Shown: piece by piece, positions 1 through 13,652 of the stretch
How positions within the stretch are numbered: the stretch's first letter is position 1
Layout of the letters: the number at the start of each line of letters is the position of its first letter
From: Octopus sinensis
Taxonomy: Eukaryota
Length of the DNA stretch: 64,000 nt
Assembly (NCBI RefSeq): GCF_006345805.1
Contig: NC_043008.1
Span: 71,610,001 to 71,674,000 of the forward strand
Direction of reading: 5' to 3'
Position numbers and translations under genes: made by a program
Notes under the pieces: generated by a model
What the model was told of the DNA's origin: nothing
Database searches by the model: none
The model's input: the letters and a program-made list of their open reading frames with translations, nothing else

Positions 1-857
1 CCTTAACATATATTCCAGGCGCCCCGTACCCCCCTTATCATTAATGTGAGCACATATTCTTAATAATTGGTACGACTCTCTGTTTGTCTCTCTCTCTCTC
101 TCTCTCATTTTTACTTGATCTGTCCCCCTCTCTCTCTTTTCTCTCTACTCATCCTCTTTTTCTCTTCTCTTTCCTCTGATTCTTTGGTCTAGTCTTCCAC
201 TACCCTCCTATTTCTTTGTCTCGCTCTGCACTCACAGGTCATTCTTCGACACCCATCCCTTCTCCTCTCTGATTCCTTCTTTCTCTCTCTTCTCTCCCTT
301 TGTTGCGTTTGTCCCTCCTCTCTCTCTCTCTTCCTTTGCTTCTCTTTCTTTTCTTTTCCCTCTTCTCTGTCACGTGACTGTTGGCCGAAATCTGCCTTTC
401 AGCTCCTGACCCTCGTCGTGTTAACATCGTTGTTTTGCGTCCGCCGCTATAAAGGCTTCTTCCAATGCGCCAGAGAAAAAATTTGTTTGCTTATTATCAG
501 TCGTAAGACACTTGTTGTTTTCACCGTTAATGCTTCTGTATTTCATGTTTCTGTATTCCATTATTGTTTTTTGTTTTTTTTATATCTGTCCCTTTTGCTG
601 TCCTGGTGTTCGTATGCATTCGATCCTTCTTCCAGGAAATCTACGCTTCCAGCTTAGTTTTTCTAATGCTCGTTGCTTAGTTTTTCTTGGAGGGCTGGCC
701 GTGATCTAGTAATCTCAAGATTAATCAGCCGAAATTACTACGATGATCCGGTTCTTGACTGAAGACTGAGGGTTTCGAGTGTCCTGTCCGTGTTTATTGT
801 GTCGTCTTCTAAGAGTTATACGTTCTTGTCCATGTTGTATTTTTCTACATACCTTAA

Positions 858-858
<1 letters not shown>
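1..858. repeat. Unclassified interspersed repeat with CT-rich low-complexity segment, ending in a (TA)n tract
   Basis: CT-rich 60-370, T-rich body, abuts (TA)n at 858. The end (ctgtccgtgtttattg..tcttctaaga..gtccatgttgta) loosely resembles 21385-21450. No class-diagnostic motif found. Confidence 0.3.
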
Positions 859-1265
<407 letters not shown>

Positions 1266-1722
1266 TTTATATAAGTTTATTGATAAAGAACATATTCTCT
1301 GAAGAAGAAATAAACCAAGGGGTAACGAAGTACTCTAAGACTGCCATATTTTTTCTTAACAATTTCCTACCAGATCACTTTATTGCTTTCAAATTAATCT
1401 GAATAGTTTGTCAGGCAATTACATTACAACTGACGTTCTTCTATAGGTTAAAGTTTTTCTGTCTCTATTTCGCTTTTCAGAGGAAGAACAACAACTATAA
1501 ACATCTGGTGTTCTATTTTTCTTAGAGTAGATTGACAGAAAGTGCCGTATATGGGAAGACGCCTTAATTTGAGAATTATATACACACTATTTTTTAAAAT
1601 CCTTTATAAGACGACACATAGGTCTCCAAGAGCTACTGACATTCTCCACGGCTCAATTGAATTCAAAAACACCGTATAACTGTCACATCTGAGATGGTGC
1701 TGCTGCTATACACACGCAGCAC

Positions 1723-2457
<735 letters not shown>

Positions 2458-2512
2458 TATTATTATTATTATTATTATTATCATCATTATTATTATTATT
2501 ATTATTATTATT

Positions 2513-2957
2513 GAGTGAGAGAGCAGTTCATGCCATCAAAGTGACACTGGGGTAAAATATACGAAGCCCAATATACCCATCATGACTACCCGTCTGATAA
2601 AGGTACACCAGGCACATGCATCACAACCATATGTGCGTGACATGGTGATCTCATATCAAGATAAACAACACATGACCTTGCAGGTGGGGCCCAGTTAGAA
2701 TTTTCATCAGGTTGAGTAGCCCATCCTGCTCAAACGGTCCCTGAATAAGGGTTGCTTTAGGATGTTGAACGAAACACCTATGTTTCCAGAGGTGAACCAT
2801 TCAAACTCCAAAGAATCCCTCTCAACACATGGCCATGATGCTCCCCCACTACTTCTGCTCGTGATCAGAGATGCACATATCGTCAGCCACTAAGGGACAT
2901 GCTCAACTGGTTAAGGTCAAACAACTGACAAGCAAACCTGTGGTATTGAGCAGAATA
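2513..2957 (-). mobile_element. Same (TAA)n-associated element, copy 2, truncated
   Basis: Matches copy 1 from gagtgagagagcag to gagcagaatatt, then ATT run. Lacks the last ~110 bp of the other copies. Confidence 0.85.
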
Positions 2958-2984
2958 TTATTATTATTATTATTATCATCATCA

Positions 2985-3040
<56 letters not shown>

Positions 3041-3041
3041 T

Positions 3042-3567
3042 AGTGAGAGAATAGTGCATGCCATCAAAATGACACGGGAGTAATATATACGAAGCCCAAT
3101 ATACCCATCATGACTACGCGTCCGATAAGGGTACACTAGGCTAATGCATCACACTCATATATGCATGACATGGTGATCTTATATCAAGATAATCAGCGCA
3201 TGACCTTGTATGTGGGGACCAATTAGAATTTACTTCAGGTTGAATAGTCCATCCCGCTCGAGCGGTCCTTGAATAAAAGCTGTTTAATGATGATGAACGA
3301 AACACCCATGTTTCCATGAACTCCAAATAATTCCTCTCAACACATGGCTATGATGTTCCCCCACTACTTCTGCTCGTGATGAGAGATGCGCATATCGTCA
3401 GCCACCAAAGACGTGCTCAACTGGTTAAGGTAAAAAAAACTGACACGCAAATCTGTGGTACTGAGCACAATATTTGCTGTAACCCATCTTTCATATCAAG
3501 ACCTAACAATGTAGATGCTGACACTTCCAGTCAGTTAAGAAGAAAAGCCTCGTACTGCATCAGAGCA

Positions 3568-3569
<2 letters not shown>
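3042..3569 (-). mobile_element. Same (TAA)n-associated element, copy 3, more diverged
   Basis: Colinear with copy 1 with more substitutions and small deletions. Flanked by ATT runs. Confidence 0.85.
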
Positions 3570-3613
<44 letters not shown>

Positions 3614-3711
3614 TATTATTATTATTATTATTATTATTATCATCATCATCATCATCATCAGCATCATCGACGTCGTCGTCGTCATCGTCATCGTCATCGT
3701 CGTCGTCATCA

Positions 3712-3742
<31 letters not shown>

Positions 3743-3755
3743 TATTATTATTATT

Positions 3756-6700
3756 GTTCTATGTTTGAATTTTGCTTTACATTTGTACAAGTTGGCTGCA
3801 AGTCTCACCCAGAGACCTCAAGAGACAACAACTTATAATTTCATGTTGGTGTTATGCTTAGTGTGCCATATATTTGGTTTTGTACATAGTGTTGTACTAG
3901 TGAATGTCTAAAAAACCATACGGAAATTATGTTTGTTTTAAAACTTGAGATTGCATAGAAATTATTTTGCTTAGGATATGAGCAGTTCCCATGAGCACTA
4001 TCTTTTGAATTTCTGCCATTTTGGGGTTTCCTGGTATCTGAGTTAGGTAGCAATCAGCCTCTTTTGCTATCATTCCCAGGGCACCTATGACAACAGGTAT
4101 TGTTTTAGTCTTCAAGTTCCACATTTTGCTGATTTCTATTTCAAGATCTTTATATTTGCTCAGTTTTTGGTAGGTCTTGACAGATACGTTTATATCGATT
4201 AGGACAGTCATATCAATGAGGAAACATGTAGTTCAACATGATCTAGCCAATTCGCATCTATCTTTCTGTTAGTTTGAATGGTGAAACTCCAGAGGAGTGA
4301 GATGTGGTCATTTTCAAGCACTGGAGGTGGTTTGTGTTTCCACCAGCTTTTATCATGGGGCAAGTCCAAGCTTTTGCAGATTACCCAGTGAATATATTGT
4401 GCAGCTCTATCATGCCCGTTGAGATACTCTGTAGGCGCACGAAGACTGCACTTGGAGACAACATGATTAATGGTTACAATTTGTTGTTGACATACACGAT
4501 AGGTTGGGCTACTGCCGTTCTTTAATATGTTGGCCTGGTAGTTCCTTGTAGGTAGGTATTGATCTTGAGCTGCTATGATAAACCCTTCTGTTTCAGATTT
4601 TATGCCAGAGGCCATTAGCCATTGATGGGTCAGGGATTTGTCTACATCTGCATTATTCGCTCTCTTTGGGTATTTGTCATTGAGAGGGTTTTCTTGCCAT
4701 TTATCAGCCAAAATATCTAAGGCAGCAGTTTTAGCATGGGTTTTCATGCGCTTAGCTTTTTCTGTGCTTGTTTCTTGTATGTCTAATTCCGAAATTTGTT
4801 GTATTCGGAATTCACTTAGATATTCCTTTGCCTGTTTTGTTACTGAGTATGATGCTTCCTTGTTTTCAGGTTTTGAGATAAGTTTTAAAATCCAGTCCTC
4901 AGAGATTTTCAGGTAGGTGTCTAGGCCAATTGTAGCAATCTTCATTGTCATTGCCAGTTTTAAAAGTCCACGGCCTCCCTCTTTTCTTGGCAGATAAAGT
5001 CGTTCTATATCTGCCTTAAGGTGGTGCATTCTATGCATTGTCAACAGTTTTCGTATTTTTCTATCAAGATTACATATTTCAGTAATTGACCAGTTAACGA
5101 TATTGAAATTGTAAGTCACGACTGGTATGGCTAAAGCATTGATCGCTTCGATCCTGTTTCTCGCATTCAGCTCTGTTTGAGTATTGCTCTTACTCTGCGA
5201 TAACATTCTCTCCTGATCTTTTCCTTCATCACTGAATGCCTTATTCCTTTCCCTTCAATTACCGCTAGGTACTTTTAGCTCTCCGCTGGGTCTAACTCTT
5301 TTATGACATTCTGCTGGTCAAGGTTAACGTTAGATGTTTCTGTCATTTTTCCTTTGATAGAGTTAGCTTTTGCACATTTATCGAGGCCAAATTGCATTCT
5401 GATGGCATCACTGAATTGTTTAACAATCGCTAGTAAGCCCTTGAGTTGTTGGTAATTTTTTGCAATGAGGTTTAAATCATCCATGTAAATGAGAGGATTT
5501 ATATTTTTATCAAACATTTTATATCCGTACAGTGCGTCATTGAGCAATTTTGAGAGAGGTATTAAGGCTAAACAAAAGAGGAGTGGTGATAGTGAGTCAC
5601 TCTGGAAGATGCCACATGAAATGTTTACATCACCAGCATTTAGAGCTTCATTGTCACTGTTCAAAGTTAGTGAGGTTCTCCATGATCGCATACTTACAGA
5701 CAAAAAGTTTCGCAGAATAGGCGCTATTTTATACATTTCCAAGTATTTCTTAATCCAGCTATGTGCTAGGATGTCAAAAGCTTTTTTATAGTCTATCCAC
5801 GCTATTGTCAAGTTTTTGTGTCGTTTGTGACAATCTTCTAAGATCATATTGATGAGTAGCTGATCTTTACAACCATAGGCTCCACGTTTACATGCTTTCT
5901 GTTCATTAGGGAATATGCTGCTGTCTATTAAAGAACTATAGGTATATTCCGTCAGGACAGATGTTAGCGTTTTATACATAGTTGTTAAGCAGGTTATGGG
6001 TCTATAGTTTTTTGGTTCATTTATTTCTTCACTTTTTGGAAGCAGAAATGTTAAACCAATAACTAGCCAAGGAGGCATCCTACTAGAGTGTTGCAAAACA
6101 TCATTGTACAGTTCTGTTAGCAGTTCATGACTCTCTGGGAGGCATTCAACCAGAAGTTAGGAATTTTATCCTTTGCTGGGGACTTCCATTTGCTTGACCT
6201 CCTGAGAGCAGATTTTATATCTTCTACCTTGACACCCTCCCACTTTTGCTCCTCTAAAGAGTCCAAGTCTGTAGATATTCTATCAATAAAAGGGGCCTTT
6301 TCGTTGTGTGTTTTTTCTTCTGTCCAAATTTTATTCCAAAATCCCTGTACTTCTTCTTTTGATGGTACAGATTTTACAGTAATTGTTGTTTTTCCTATCT
6401 TCCTGTAAAAATTTTTGGGGTTGTTTTTGAACATGTTGCTGTCCTTGAAGAATCTAAAATGCTTTTCATACCTCGCTATGCGGGCAGCTTTAGCAGATAC
6501 CTTTTGCTTGATGCTTTCTATGGTGGCATCAATATCAAGTATAGTTTTCACATATTTTTTCTTTAATTTTTAGGTTTCTGTAGGTTTGGTAGTCTTGTCA
6601 ACCTTAAGGTTTTTCAAACATTCAATGTCAGACCTAAGTAGTTCAATTTGTCGTTGGATACGCTCTTGCCAAGAAGGCTTCTTGTGGGCATGTTACTGCG

Positions 6701-7015
6701 TATATAATTTGGTCAATCTCTACTTCAGTCAGTAATTGTTTTATAATGTTTTTTCTGACGTTGGCAAGTTTGTTACTGTCTATGTAGGGTCTTACTTCAG
6801 GGTGTTTCTGTCTCCAGTTTAAGTAGGTTTGTACAGTATTATATTTATCTGTGGGGAAATATATGGCATGGTAGAAGGCCATAAGAACTTCTTTATGTAC
6901 AATTTTGAAAATGAAGGGCGTATTGAATAAGGTAATCCTAAACAAACTATACCTGTGAAAATAGCGAGATGGTCAAGAGTGGAACGCTTCTGTTTATAGA
7001 AAGGAACGACCAATT
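3756..7015 (-). mobile_element. R4/Dong-clade non-LTR retrotransposon (RT + restriction-like endonuclease), near full length, frameshifted
   Basis: N-terminal NWRQKHPEVRPYIDSNKLANVRKNI; RT motifs KNYRPITCL, WIDYKKAFD, GIFQSDSLSPLLF, YMDD; GIKSETEGFIIAAQDQ; eroded CCHC knuckle; RLE region ANWLD..CFLIDMTV; C-terminal IPVVIGALG..LMGTAHIL. 3' UTR ends in (AAT)n. Split over at least 5 ORFs. Confidence 0.93.
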
Positions 7016-10000
7016 GAATCTCGAATCAAATAACAAAAACAAGAATACAAAAGTTTACGAATTATCAAAATTGCACTCACTTGTCTCATGGTTTTTAAAC
7101 CTGAGTAATACAAAAGTCAGAGAATTTTTTTAAATGGCTGGAGACGATGGCCGAAAACTTACTTGAATGTTCATAATGCTAGAAATAGCATTCAAATGTC
7201 AATGACATTAACCCAATCTCTAAATTTTATGTTTAAAAAGGTTACATGATATCATGTTTTCTATTTATAGTATTGATGTAAAAGTAAGATAGATTTGTCA
7301 CAACCGAAGAGGCATTTGTCAACTGAAGAGACATTGTTGAATGATAAACCCAGGGTTAAACAAAAGCAGCAAGAAAACAGAAATAGAATAGAATAAAGGT
7401 TATCAAAGAGCTCACATATCACGAACGTATTTCCCACTTCGCTACTCATCTCTATATTGCTACTCAACAGGTTTAATCATTTTAATTGGTTGAAGATTTT
7501 CTATGAGATGTTAATAGATTTATTGTGATTTTACTGTCTGTTTCAATTTACTTAACAAATTAACCATAATTTCCAGCAACATTTGATATCGTTGAGTTTT
7601 CAATTCACTGGACATTTAGAAGTGACAGCTTCAATTTACTGGGTTGTCATCGGGGAGGTGGTGGGAGAAGTTGGGTAATTTTGGAAGTACCCCAAATTAT
7701 TAATATTTTCGCTGTTCTCTCTGACTGTCACGCCCTTGTTATCATAAACAGCAATTTTTTGACACGTTCACCTATAATCGTTTACGCGAGCAATAATTAC
7801 AATTTTGCTAATCACCACCATTATCATCATAGCCATCATAGTTAAAATTTTCTATAATTATCCTAAACTCCATCACCATCACCATCGAGGTTGTTGTCCT
7901 CAAAGTGATCATCGTTATCATCATCATAATCCTCATTTTCAACGTTGTCGTAATCTACACGATCTCAAACAGGCATTCTGCATCTGGTGATTAATTGGTT
8001 CTGTTAGATATCAACCTATTAGAAAATCGTTTGTTGTTTTTCCAGTGCCTTCACCTGGTACAATTCCCTACTGATGAAGGCATTTATCTTACTACAGCTC
8101 AGTTCACGAAGCGATAAATAGGAACCAAATTCTTGTATGTATTTCACAATTATGGGAATGAGCCTGTAGTGCAGAAGTAACTTTCATCATTCATTCTGTA
8201 ACTGGTTAGAGAACAATGACACATCTAGTGGGATATTTGTTTCTTGTCTTGTTTAACAATTAGTTTGGCTATATCCAGCTTCATGGAACCATGGATAGGA
8301 AACCTCTTGGACCACATTTATTATTTATTAACCACCATTTCCAGTACTCCTTGTAAACATTTACCATTCTCTTCTGCTATACTTCGTAACCATATACTAT
8401 ACTGCTTTTCCAACAATCCTATACACGTAGTTACATTATTGCACATTACTGCTACTCATATAAATGCCTACATCATTCTTTTATAAAAATTATTCTATGC
8501 ACCCGGCTAACTTCCCCCTCTCTTCCGCTACTCTATGATAAAAGCTTTCTTCCTAAATCACGTTGCTACTCTATGCTAACAAAATATTTTCTACACTCTG
8601 CAAATGCACTATATTGTCAGGTTCATAATTTACTCTTCCTTACTACTCACTCTGTGTAATTAGATGTCGTGCTACTCAACAGGACTACTAATGCAACAAT
8701 TTATTCTACTACGCTACATAAATAATGTACCAATCTGTTTTAAATAGCCATTATATGTAACACTATATTCCACTACGTTATAGCACTACTCTATGTTGTT
8801 AGCTACGCTATATTACTCTAATGAATATCCTGCTAGTAGTAAATTTCGTCACCAAACAAATCTTCATATTTGTTGGTACGATTAGATTTGTATACGACAG
8901 CTGTTACCACAGAATTTGAAACCCGCGTTGTAATCAACAGTAGAACATAAATACATACACACATACATACATGCATACACTTGCACTCACACACATGCAC
9001 ACACATGTATATATTTGTGCATCTATGTGTGTATATGTTTATTTGTGTGTGTATATATATATATATATATATCCATAATACGTGTGTCAGTAGAAAATAT
9101 AGAGATAAAAGTATTATTGTAATTGTAAGAGCAAAGTTCGTCCGTAATGGCTGATAGCATTTCTAATAATTACGTAGCACCATATTCTACTGACTTAAGA
9201 AGAGATCTCGTAATCACCTTTCTTCTTCCAAAAACAGAGAGGAAATGAATTGCGAAAGTTTAAGTGGAATCCTCTGGTATTTAATGGAAAAGGACACTAA
9301 CTATACTATTAAATGGGCAATTATTAGTAGAGATTCATCCTATATAGTATTGGGAACTCAAACTGCAATGTATGCTTAGAAGAAATTACCCATATCTTTA
9401 CTTCTAATTACAGTTTATTTAATCACGGAAAAGTATAAGCGCTGAAATGTGCTCTTTCTTTTAGAAAAGCATCTAAGTATATTCCAAATAAGTATTTTAA
9501 TAGGATATCATGTAGATCGCATTTCCTGTAAGCTGACCTAGTGAAAGTAACCGTAGATTTATTCTAGCTAAATTTCAACGATATTACATAAACCTCATTC
9601 TTCTTTATTTTTTATTTCCCTTTTTTTCCTCTTCCTTTTGATTCCTCTTAGTCTTTCTCTTAACCTAATATGGTATCAGTTTCTGTTCCTTATGAGTGTT
9701 TAGTGAGGTGAATGCATCCTGACATAATTAAGGTTTCTTCTACTATTAAGTATCTATAATAATCTATTCCTATAAATTCTAAAGAGGTCATTCTATGTAT
9801 AGATGACACGAGAGCTATTGTTGTATCGTATGTCAAAACTACGTCTACTTTTATGCAACCTTAGATTTTATGATCTCCAAACTTCAGTATACAATATGAA
9901 GGTCAATCTGACACTGAATTCCTCAATTCGCTTTATCTATCCCCAAGGATATTACAACCTTGAACCAAGATGCATAGGAATGTCTGCCCCAGATGAATAT

Positions 10001-10385
10001 GTATTGAAGACGATTTAACCAAATTCACGTAAATGCTACATCAAAGGATATAAAACAATTACGCAGCTGCAACACGTGCCAGAATGGTGTATAATGTGAA
10101 TTTAAAGAGAATAATGCTATAATAAGCAGAATTTTAAGAAGTATAATCCTCTATTCTGCTTTATGATATCTTAATTGTGTACTCTGTTTGAAATCCATTG
10201 AAGCGGACTCAAGAGTTGCCTATTGATGAAGTACCGCGTAGCGTATCTTAAACAATCCTGTACGTTACCATTCATTCGATGCGGTTAGCCAGATCTGGAT
10301 TACATCAGAATACTATTAAGGTACTGACCGGATTCCAAATCTCAATTACTTACGTTATATATATATATATAGAGAGAGAGAGAGG

Positions 10386-10417
<32 letters not shown>

Positions 10418-10442
10418 AATAGATAGATAGATAAATAGATAG

Positions 10443-10505
<63 letters not shown>

Positions 10506-10579
10506 CATGAATGTATATTTATGGTATATATGATCAAGCATATAAATAACACCATATATACATAGGCATACATATTCTT

Positions 10580-10880
10580 TTATTCTTTTATTCTTTTATT
10601 CTTTTACGCGTTTCAGTTATTTGGCTGCGCCAATGCTGAGGCACCGCTTTATTCAACCGAATTGACCCTTTGACTCTATTAGTTATTCTATCGGTCTCTT
10701 TTGCGGAATTGTTAGTTACGGGGACATAAACACACCGACATCGGTTGCCTAGCAATGTTGGTAGGGAAACACAGACACACAATTACATACACACACCCAT
10801 ATGTGTATATACGACGGGCTTCTCTCCTTCTAGGAATCGAATCAGAAGGCTTTGATCGGACCGAGGCTATAGTCGAAGTC
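10580..10880 (-). mobile_element. Diverged, 5'-truncated tRNA-derived SINE (family 1)
   Basis: Reverse-complement similarity to 42104-42571 (gttattctatcggtctcttttg, ggggacataaacacacc, gaggctatag). Confidence 0.8.
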
Positions 10881-11689
10881 CCACACATTATCTCCCTATT
10901 TCCGTGATTCCCAACGTGGGGCGCATGCTCCACCAGTGGAACATGGTAATATTTTGATGAGGCATGCGTAGAGTTATGTTGAATTCATACCTTTTGTACA
11001 CAATGTTTAGTATACCAATAAGAGAAAGGAGGCAGTTCAAGAATGAGGTATTTAAAAAATTCTTTACACCCCTTCTGTGGACAATTTTACCAAGTTTTTG
11101 ACACTTTAGTGACAACAGGTCATTTTCATCATATTCAGAAGATCTGACGTTACTAAATGGAATAAGATGGAATAAGATTATTTCCTTCGATTTAGTGGTA
11201 TGTGAAAACGTGTAGGTAATTACAAACGCGTATGTGGTGTGTGTATGTATGTGTGTGCGTGCGTGCATGCGTGCACGTAGTACAGAACTGGTCAGTACTG
11301 AAAGCAATACCATCCTAATTCCCTATGGAGAAATAAACTGGAGATTTATGTGTGCGGATGTGTCTAAAAATAGTGACTCTTTTATCTCTAGCGACAAAAA
11401 AATCTAGGTACACAAGAGAACTTTTGTGCTGCAGAGTGTTGATAGGGCAATAAATGGCGTTGGGGGTGAGGGATGAAATAACTGAATGGTGTGAAATGGG
11501 TTGAAATGGAGTGAAGTAAGGGGTAGCTTCGGTAAAGGAAGAGAAAGAAGCAGAAAGAGAGAGTGAGATTGAGAGAAGAGAGAGAGGGAGACAGACAGAT
11601 AGAGAGAGAGAGATTTATGGTACTGGTAACGCAAATACACTCACACATACACACACACGTATATGTATGAACAGTGATGAAAATTAACA

Positions 11690-12705
11690 GGTCATTTTAT
11701 ATCCCCAACAGTCAGTTTTGTGAAATAAGCAAAATGGTAAGAAAAAACATCCATCATTGATATAAAAGCATTTCCAGCTAAGACGATTCACGGAATATTT
11801 TTGTTTGTTTTTGAGCATAATTCTCGAAAGTTTATACTGAAGTCTCTTTGAAGAAATTGTTGAAAAAATGGAGAAAAAAAACAAACAAATACGGACGACT
11901 TGTTTAGAAACACCTGCGAATGGGGAACAATTCTCAAAAAGAGCCCCCAATTGTTTTTTTCCAAAACTTTTATGTTCTCGGAATCTACATAGTCCGAGGT
12001 ATATTTGTAGAGAATTTCATTAAAAAAATATCCGTTTTTCTGAAAGTTAAGACGAATTAAACTGGTCTCCGGTGCAATTTCCGAAATTCCCCACCTAAAC
12101 CCCTCCTAAAACACTTTCCCCCACAAATGTTATATATTCGGAATCTACATCGTATAACACATATTCGTAGACAATTTCATTAGAAATATACATTTTTCTG
12201 AAAGTTATGATCTCCCTAAGTCGAGGGCGCAGAATCTGTATTTATGCGGTTCAAAAACGTATAAAACGAGTTGTGCAAGTAAAAAAAAAAGTTCGTCAAT
12301 ATTCAGAGGAATATTTAAAATTTGGATTTATACCCACTGTCCACGATAGACAGTTATGTGCGAAAAACTCGGTCGTGTGAATTTCCGAAGTCCTCGCCCC
12401 ACCTATCGGAAAAGATTTCCCACAAATTCCTTTATAATCTTAATCTATGCCGGTTGAAAGGTATTTACGTAAAATTTCATTTAAAAAAACATCTTCCTAA
12501 AAGTGAATTTTTCCAAGACCTCCCCGCCCCGTTGATTTCCGCACGTGCTTTTTCATATTCGTTTCCTACACATTTTTATTACGTCCGTTGCGCTATTTTT
12601 AAAATGTGTTTCGGGACTAACCAAATTTTGAATACGCGGTTAGATGATCCAAGTTTTATTTTTCAGCATATTGGCATAGAAAAAACTTTCTCTTTCCCTT
12701 ATTTA

Positions 12706-12710
<5 letters not shown>
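11690..12710 (-). mobile_element. Non-autonomous DNA element with three internal direct repeats (class uncertain)
   Basis: ggaatctacat..aatttcatta.aaa..tttttctgaaagtta at ~11980 and ~12140, degenerate at ~12445. Right end (reverse complement aattataaataaggg..ccaatatgctgaaaaata) recurs at 45312-45390. Left boundary approximate. Confidence 0.55.
12282..12347 (+). pseudogene. hAT (Charlie/Buster-type) transposase N-terminal fragment
   Basis: Translates KKKVRQYSEEYLKFGFIPTVHD, matching the K-R-x-Y-x-x-x-YLKFGF motif that precedes the BED finger in Buster/Charlie transposases. Confidence 0.65.
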
Positions 12711-12790
<80 letters not shown>

Positions 12791-12841
12791 CATTTATATA
12801 TATACATATATATATATATACATACATACATATATATATAC

Positions 12842-12890
<49 letters not shown>

Positions 12891-12964
12891 TACACTTACA
12901 CTCAAAAACACCCATAGTTATGTAATGATTCATCTAGTATATCATATATATTTGTGTGTGTGTA

Positions 12965-13175
12965 TTTCAGCGTGTTGAACCGTTACTACCTACACGTTTT
13001 TCTCTCTACGCTTTTTTGCTCTCTCTCCCCTTTTTTACCTCTGAATCCTTTCTGTCGAAGAGCGTAGGATCGAAATGTCAAACCCTATTTCATTTTTCGT
13101 GAGCTTCAAACTAGTACACCTGTTTGGTGTTACTTCACCTGCCTTAGTCTGTTGTTTTCTGTACATTTTAAATAT
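12965..13175 (+). mobile_element. Penelope-like element terminal (pLTR) fragment
   Basis: HHR-like motif plus T-rich tail similar to 40300-40475 and 53706-53802. Confidence 0.6.
13049..13082 (+). ncRNA. Minimal type I hammerhead-like motif, U6 variant
   Basis: ttt CTGTCGA a GAGC gtag GATC GAA A TG T C aaa. One stem II mismatch. Confidence 0.5.
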
Positions 13176-13220
13176 ACGAGAAGTAAAAATAAAAGCTATC
13201 CGCAGTTTCACCATAACATA

Positions 13221-13294
<74 letters not shown>

Positions 13295-13514
13295 ATTATT
13301 ATTATTGCTGTTGTTATTATGTTTATCACACTGCCTCCTGCACATGTGTACCTATAGTTGGTTCTATAGTTTGAGTCTGATGGTGCCATTTCTTCTGGCT
13401 TTAGAGTGTAATCATGGCTGCTTCACTAGCAATGTGTACAAAAGAAAACAAACAACAGTGATCTCATTTCTCTGGCGAAAGGGGTGCATGATCAACAATG
13501 CAAGATACATAGAG

Positions 13515-13652
13515 AATACCAAACGAGTTCCCTATGGATACCGTATTTATTACAACGAGTGGCTTGTATCTAACGAGCGAAAGCGAGTTAGATACGTTTA
13601 CAAGCCACGAGTTGTAATAAATACGGTATCCATAGGGAATGAGTTTGGTATT
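13515..13652 (+). repeat. Foldback palindrome (~60-bp arms) with tandem G.A mismatches and GCGAAAGC cap
   Basis: Left arm 13515-13574, right arm 13587-13652. Three 5'-GA/GA-3' internal loops and one short bulge on the right arm. Confidence 0.9.

Noticed and set aside
690-770. Possible hammerhead around cagccGAAATtacta and CTGAAGA
   Set aside because: No arrangement gives an acceptable core together with stems I and II.
7320-7360. CTGAAGA followed by a catt/aatg stem and ACCC/GGGT
   Set aside because: G12 is absent and stem I does not pair in register.
9205-9250. ITFLLPKTE resembling the Dong RT motif TFLLPKSEE
   Set aside because: Too short, with no flanking similarity.
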